From sequence record NC_054929.1: a DNA stretch of 64,000 bases; one strand, given 5' to 3'. Made by a program: the position numbers and the translations under genes. The notes beneath the pieces are model-generated. The model worked only from the letters and a program-made list of their open reading frames with translations, had not been told where the DNA came from and ran no database searches. Of this stretch, positions 60,503 through 64,000 are shown piece by piece (positions within the stretch are counted from its first letter, which is position 1; each line of letters begins with the position of its first letter). This stretch comes from Escherichia phage PE37.

Positions 60503-61015
60503 ATGAAAATTTATCGTGTTGAATCATCGTTTAGCGCATTAAATGATGATAGTGGTATAATGAAAATTAGGCAAGAGTTATGTGTTCAATCAACTCCTTA
60601 TCGTGGATTTGATTCTATGAAAACTCGAACTTGGCTAAAATTTTGCGGTATTAATTCATCGTCATTTCATCATCATAGCGATAATTATGAAAGTCATGAA
60701 AGTATTCCTATTCCACACGATGATAAGTTATTAGTTGAAAATGCTAATGATGCTATTAAAACTAAATGGAATAAAGATTATTCACGAATTGAAAATTATA
60801 TTCCATTATGGTTTATTGCATTATATCATTTTGCTTTCGCTAGTGAATATGATATAATGAGATGGTTTACTCGAGAAGAGCGTGAAGACTTAAAAGATCG
60901 TGGAATGTACATTGCGATTTATGAAGTGCCAGATGATCAAGTTATCATTGGTGGGCATCAAGTAATGTTTCGCAAATCGCATGCCGAATTAAAAGGCTTT
61001 ATTACCTTAGATTAA
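60503..61015 (+). CDS. hypothetical protein (motB.2 position)
   Basis: ATG+SD GAGGA. Confidence 0.6.
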   Translation: MKIYRVESSFSALNDDSGIMKIRQELCVQSTPYRGFDSMKTRTWLKFCGINSSSFHHHSDNYESHESIPIPHDDKLLVENANDAIKTKWNKDYSRIENYIPLWFIALYHFAFASEYDIMRWFTREEREDLKDRGMYIAIYEVPDDQVIIGGHQVMFRKSHAELKGFITLD

Positions 61016-61024
61016 AGGAAAATT

Positions 61025-61525
61025 ATGATTAAAATTAATACTACGTATCAAATGAAAAAACCATCTGAAATTGATTTCCAGACAATGTCGAATACGACTG
61101 ATAGCAAGTTTTGGGAACTTCTTGGTACAACTGGCGGATATCCTTTTACTGTTATTAGTGTTAATAGCGGAATTCTCATTGGTACAGTGTACATGGAAAT
61201 TAGAAACTATTATGGAAGGGTATCATCATTCATCATCTATGAAGAAGATTTCAATTTATTGACAGAAATTGAAAAAGAAGAACAAGAAAAATCCCATATT
61301 GATATGGATTTAGTTTCTATGTATGTAACACCAGTTGAAAAAATTGAAGACCCGACTGATTTGTTGTGTAAGGCAGTTTATATTCGTCGTCCATTCGCGA
61401 ATCCGATTGGCGGTTGGGTAACTGATCAGTGGATTGAAGATGGTGTTGAACTTCTGAACGTAGTTCATGCTGGAGAGTACTCTGTAGTTCCTCGCAGCGC
61501 AGTGATTAATGTTCGTGTAAGCTAG
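61025..61525 (+). CDS. hypothetical protein, C-terminal domain paralogous to MotB (motB.1 position)
   Basis: ATG; C-terminus GGWVTDQWIEDGVELLNVVHAGEYSVVP resembles next gene. Confidence 0.6.
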   Translation: MIKINTTYQMKKPSEIDFQTMSNTTDSKFWELLGTTGGYPFTVISVNSGILIGTVYMEIRNYYGRVSSFIIYEEDFNLLTEIEKEEQEKSHIDMDLVSMYVTPVEKIEDPTDLLCKAVYIRRPFANPIGGWVTDQWIEDGVELLNVVHAGEYSVVPRSAVINVRVS

Positions 61526-61562
61526 TTTACAAACTCTTGGGATCAGAGTATAATGATCCCGT
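61515..61562 (+). promoter_or_regulatory. early promoter with GATC-containing inverted repeat around -10
   Basis: GTTTAC 61525-61530, 18 bp, TATAAT 61549-61554; GGGATCA/TGATCCC arms. Confidence 0.65.
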
Positions 61563-61598
61563 GGAGTATAAAATCTTTTTAACAAGTGAGAGATAACT

Positions 61599-62087
61599 AT
61601 GATTATTAATATTGGTGAAATTGCTCGTGTATCTGATAAATCCCGTTCTAAAGCAGCAGGAAAATTGGTTGAAATTGTAAGCATTCAGCTTAAACACGGT
61701 GTTAAAGATGAAGATTCTGAAGTAAAAGTGCGTATCATTCCTAAAGATGGAAAGTCTAAACCTCAGTTTGGCTATGTTCGTGCGAAATTTCTTGAGTCTG
61801 CGTTTTTGAAAGCTGTTCCTGCTAAAGGAATTGAAACGATTGATACTTCGCATGTAGGCGTAGACTTTAAGTGGAAACTCGGTCAGGCTATTAAGTTCAT
61901 TGCTCCTTGCGAATTTAAATTTATCAAAGATGATGGAAAGGCTGCTTATACTCGCGCTATGTGTGGATACATTACCGATCAATGGGTAGAAGATGGCGTT
62001 AAGTTGTACAACGTGGTATTTTTAGGAACATACAAAGTCATTCCTGAAAGTTGGATTAAACACTATAGCAATGCTCTCTATGCATAA
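61599..62087 (+). CDS. motB: MotB-like DNA-binding protein
   Basis: 162 aa; position between dexA cluster and goF/cef as in T4. Confidence 0.65.
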   Translation: MIINIGEIARVSDKSRSKAAGKLVEIVSIQLKHGVKDEDSEVKVRIIPKDGKSKPQFGYVRAKFLESAFLKAVPAKGIETIDTSHVGVDFKWKLGQAIKFIAPCEFKFIKDDGKAAYTRAMCGYITDQWVEDGVKLYNVVFLGTYKVIPESWIKHYSNALYA

Positions 62088-62099
62088 AGTTTAAAATTT

Positions 62100-62140
62100 T
62101 TTCATAAAACTATATACATCAGTAGTTGATTATGGTACTA
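62100..62140 (+). promoter_or_regulatory. early promoter (variant -35) with conserved leader
   Basis: -10 TACTAT 62126-62131; leader shared with 15041, 41819 and window start. Confidence 0.5.
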
Positions 62141-62184
62141 TATCAATATCAACTACTGATACAGAAAACAACTTGGAGAATAAA

Positions 62185-62454
62185 ATGGAAAACTTAATTA
62201 TCATCGAGCAATCTTTCAACGATTATGGTATGGCTTACGGTTATCGTGCGATAATGGAAGATTCTCGTGGATGTGTTATCGATATTGCTGAATGTAAAGA
62301 TTTACTACAGCTTTTGAAGATTGTTCGTAAAAATTGGGATTGTGAAAATATTAAAGTTCGAGTTGTTACAGAAGAAGAAACTGTTTTTCATGATGTAAAA
62401 TTCGCTAAAGGTGCTGCTACTCTTCTGAAACGTATCGCTCCAATGTTTAATTAA
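62185..62454 (+). CDS. hypothetical protein
   Basis: ATG six nt after GGAG (track start 62173 is TTG). Confidence 0.55.
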   Translation: MENLIIIEQSFNDYGMAYGYRAIMEDSRGCVIDIAECKDLLQLLKIVRKNWDCENIKVRVVTEEETVFHDVKFAKGAATLLKRIAPMFN

Positions 62455-62467
62455 TGAGGAAATTGTA

Positions 62468-62683
62468 ATGAAACGTAAAATTGTTCAGAATTGCACTAAT
62501 GACGAATTTGAAGATGTATTATTTGATCCAAATCTTGTAGTAGTTCAAAAGGAACATACTAATAAGTTTACTCACTTGACTTCGGTTTATGTGTACGAAA
62601 AAGTTGGTGATAAACAACCAATTTATGGTGTGTTTCGCGAAATTACTGAAGATGGTACAACTTATTGGAAGGAAACTTATTAA
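62468..62683 (+). CDS. hypothetical protein
   Basis: ATG+SD GAGGAAA; 71 aa. Confidence 0.55.
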   Translation: MKRKIVQNCTNDEFEDVLFDPNLVVVQKEHTNKFTHLTSVYVYEKVGDKQPIYGVFREITEDGTTYWKETY

Positions 62684-63108
62684 TGGCTATTAAATTTGAA
62701 GTTAATAAATGGTATCAATTTAAAAATAAACAAGCTCAAGAAGATTTTATCAAGGACCATACTGAAAACGGAATTTATGCACGACGTCTTGGTATGGAAC
62801 CTTTTAGAGTTACAGATATTGACTATCTTGGTCGTCCTACTAAACTTGTGACATCTAGTGGAAAATTGGGGTTATCTTCTGGTAAAGATATTTTGGATGA
62901 AGATTTTATCTGGCTTTCAACGAGTGAAGCTGTGTTCTTTGATGAAGTGGAAAATCCATACCAGGCAGCTGAAGAGCAAGAGCAGGAAGAGAAAGAGCAA
63001 GAACAAATAGAAGATTTCACAGAATTCCCGGTCATGAAAGTTACTATTGAAAATAATGAACAGGCATGGTCTTTGTATCAGATGTTGAAAGCACACTTTA
63101 AGGAATAA
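62683..63108 (+). CDS. hypothetical acidic protein (goF position)
   Basis: TAATG junction; 141 aa. Confidence 0.55.
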   Translation: MAIKFEVNKWYQFKNKQAQEDFIKDHTENGIYARRLGMEPFRVTDIDYLGRPTKLVTSSGKLGLSSGKDILDEDFIWLSTSEAVFFDEVENPYQAAEEQEQEEKEQEQIEDFTEFPVMKVTIENNEQAWSLYQMLKAHFKE

Positions 63109-63110
63109 TT

Positions 63111-63287
63111 ATGCCAATGTATGATTATAAATGCCAATCCGAAGATTGCGGGCATGAATATGAAAAAATTAAAAAGATTTCTGAACGAGAAAATGATGTT
63201 TGCCCTAAATGTCATCGTTTGTCTACTCGTCGGCCTTCTGCTCCTAAGCATGTGAATGGCGGTTTTTACGATTTACTTAAAGGGTGA
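63111..63287 (+). CDS. zinc-ribbon mini-protein (FmdB-like CxxC...CxxC)
   Basis: ATG+SD AAGGAA; CQSEDC...CPKC; not in ORF track. Confidence 0.45.
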   Translation: MPMYDYKCQSEDCGHEYEKIKKISERENDVCPKCHRLSTRRPSAPKHVNGGFYDLLKG

Positions 63288-63289
63288 TT

Positions 63290-63664
63290 ATGTTTAAAAT
63301 CGGTAAGAAATATCGTGTTCGCGAAGGTGAAGAAAAGAAATATCTACTTTCTGCTAGTAATAGGAATGGTTCTATTAATGCCGTAATATCTACAAGCGAA
63401 TTTATCGTTGAAGATATGAAAGGTCATAATGTTACAATGATTAGTACAGCAACTAGCAGAAATGCTGGAAAAATTCTTCACAGTCTGCGGAGTGAAGTTC
63501 TAATTTATGATGAAGAATTTGACTTCTTCGAAGAAGTCACTGAAGATTTTGATTTTGAATGCACTATCACTATGAAATCTGGCGACCCTCTTTCTTTTAC
63601 AGTTAAAGATGAAAGAAGCCGTTTGAGAATTATTAGTCTCCTTCAAGCCATTAAATTTAAGTGA
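63290..63664 (+). CDS. hypothetical protein
   Basis: ATG overlapping upstream stop; 124 aa. Confidence 0.55.
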   Translation: MFKIGKKYRVREGEEKKYLLSASNRNGSINAVISTSEFIVEDMKGHNVTMISTATSRNAGKILHSLRSEVLIYDEEFDFFEEVTEDFDFECTITMKSGDPLSFTVKDERSRLRIISLLQAIKFK

Positions 63665-63669
63665 AAACT

Positions 63670-63930
63670 ATGAAATATATTAATCGTTCTATTGCAGCAT
63701 TAGTATTAGCAGTATCTTTAGTAGGATGTACTGATGCTGATAATGCAACTAAAATTTTATCATCAAGTGGTTTTACGAATATTGAAATCACTGGATATAA
63801 CTGGTTCGGTTGCTCTGAAAATGATTTCCAACATACTGGATTTCGTGCTATTGGACCTACTGGGCAGAAAGTAGAAGGAACAGTATGTTCTGGGTTGTTC
63901 TTTAAGGATTCAACTATTCGTTTTAAATAA
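63670..63930 (+). CDS. lipoprotein
   Basis: signal peptide with lipobox LVGC. Confidence 0.55.
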   Translation: MKYINRSIAALVLAVSLVGCTDADNATKILSSSGFTNIEITGYNWFGCSENDFQHTGFRAIGPTGQKVEGTVCSGLFFKDSTIRFK

Positions 63931-63950
63931 AAGGCCTTCGGGCCTTTAGC
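63930..63950 (+). terminator. rho-independent terminator (UUCG loop)
   Basis: AAGGCCTTCGGGCCTT followed by T-rich tract. Confidence 0.75.
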
Positions 63951-64000
63951 TTTATGATTGCCGGAGTATAATATTCCCGAAACCAAACGAGGATAAGTAA

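Overview
This window reads as ~64 kb of a T-even (T4-like, Tevenvirinae) phage genome, oriented in the direction of early transcription, so that almost every gene is on the + strand. Identification rests on recognising protein sequences from memory and on gene order; nothing was searched against a database. Gene order follows the T4 early region: e.8–e.2 paralogs, nudE, e (lysozyme), denV, an internal protein, the vs.x cluster with regB and vs, tk, the nrdC.x cluster, nrdC, pin, 49, nrdD, nrdG, 55, alpha-gt, 47, 46, rpbA, 45, 44, 62, regA, 43, imm, 42, uvsX, 40, 41, dmd, sp, 61, dam, 56, soc, modB, modA, srd, dda, dexA and motB. I annotate about 130 tightly packed CDS, many with overlapping stop/start codons, at least 18 T4-type early promoters (GTTTAC, 18 bp, TATAAT-like), 12 UUCG-tetraloop terminators, and late promoters (TATAAATA) in front of e, soc and one small ORF. 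I found no rRNA, tRNA, CRISPR array, integrase or transposase. I did not find a clear-cut new multi-gene system. The loci that look least like textbook T4 and most deserve follow-up are: (1) a PD-(D/E)xK-like ORF translationally coupled to dam, next to an opposite-strand membrane mini-gene; (2) four tandem genes with C-terminal coiled coils; (3) a nucleotidyltransferase-fold protein followed by an AAA+ ATPase; (4) a second small ORF carrying a capsid-targeting leader; (5) a GIY-YIG endonuclease plus a GT-A-like glycosyltransferase where T4 has beta-gt; (6) a glutaredoxin-like ORF with no canonical start codon. The phage appears T2/T6-like rather than T4 itself: nrdD is intronless, there is no segF between 56 and soc, and lysozyme differs from T4 at a few residues.
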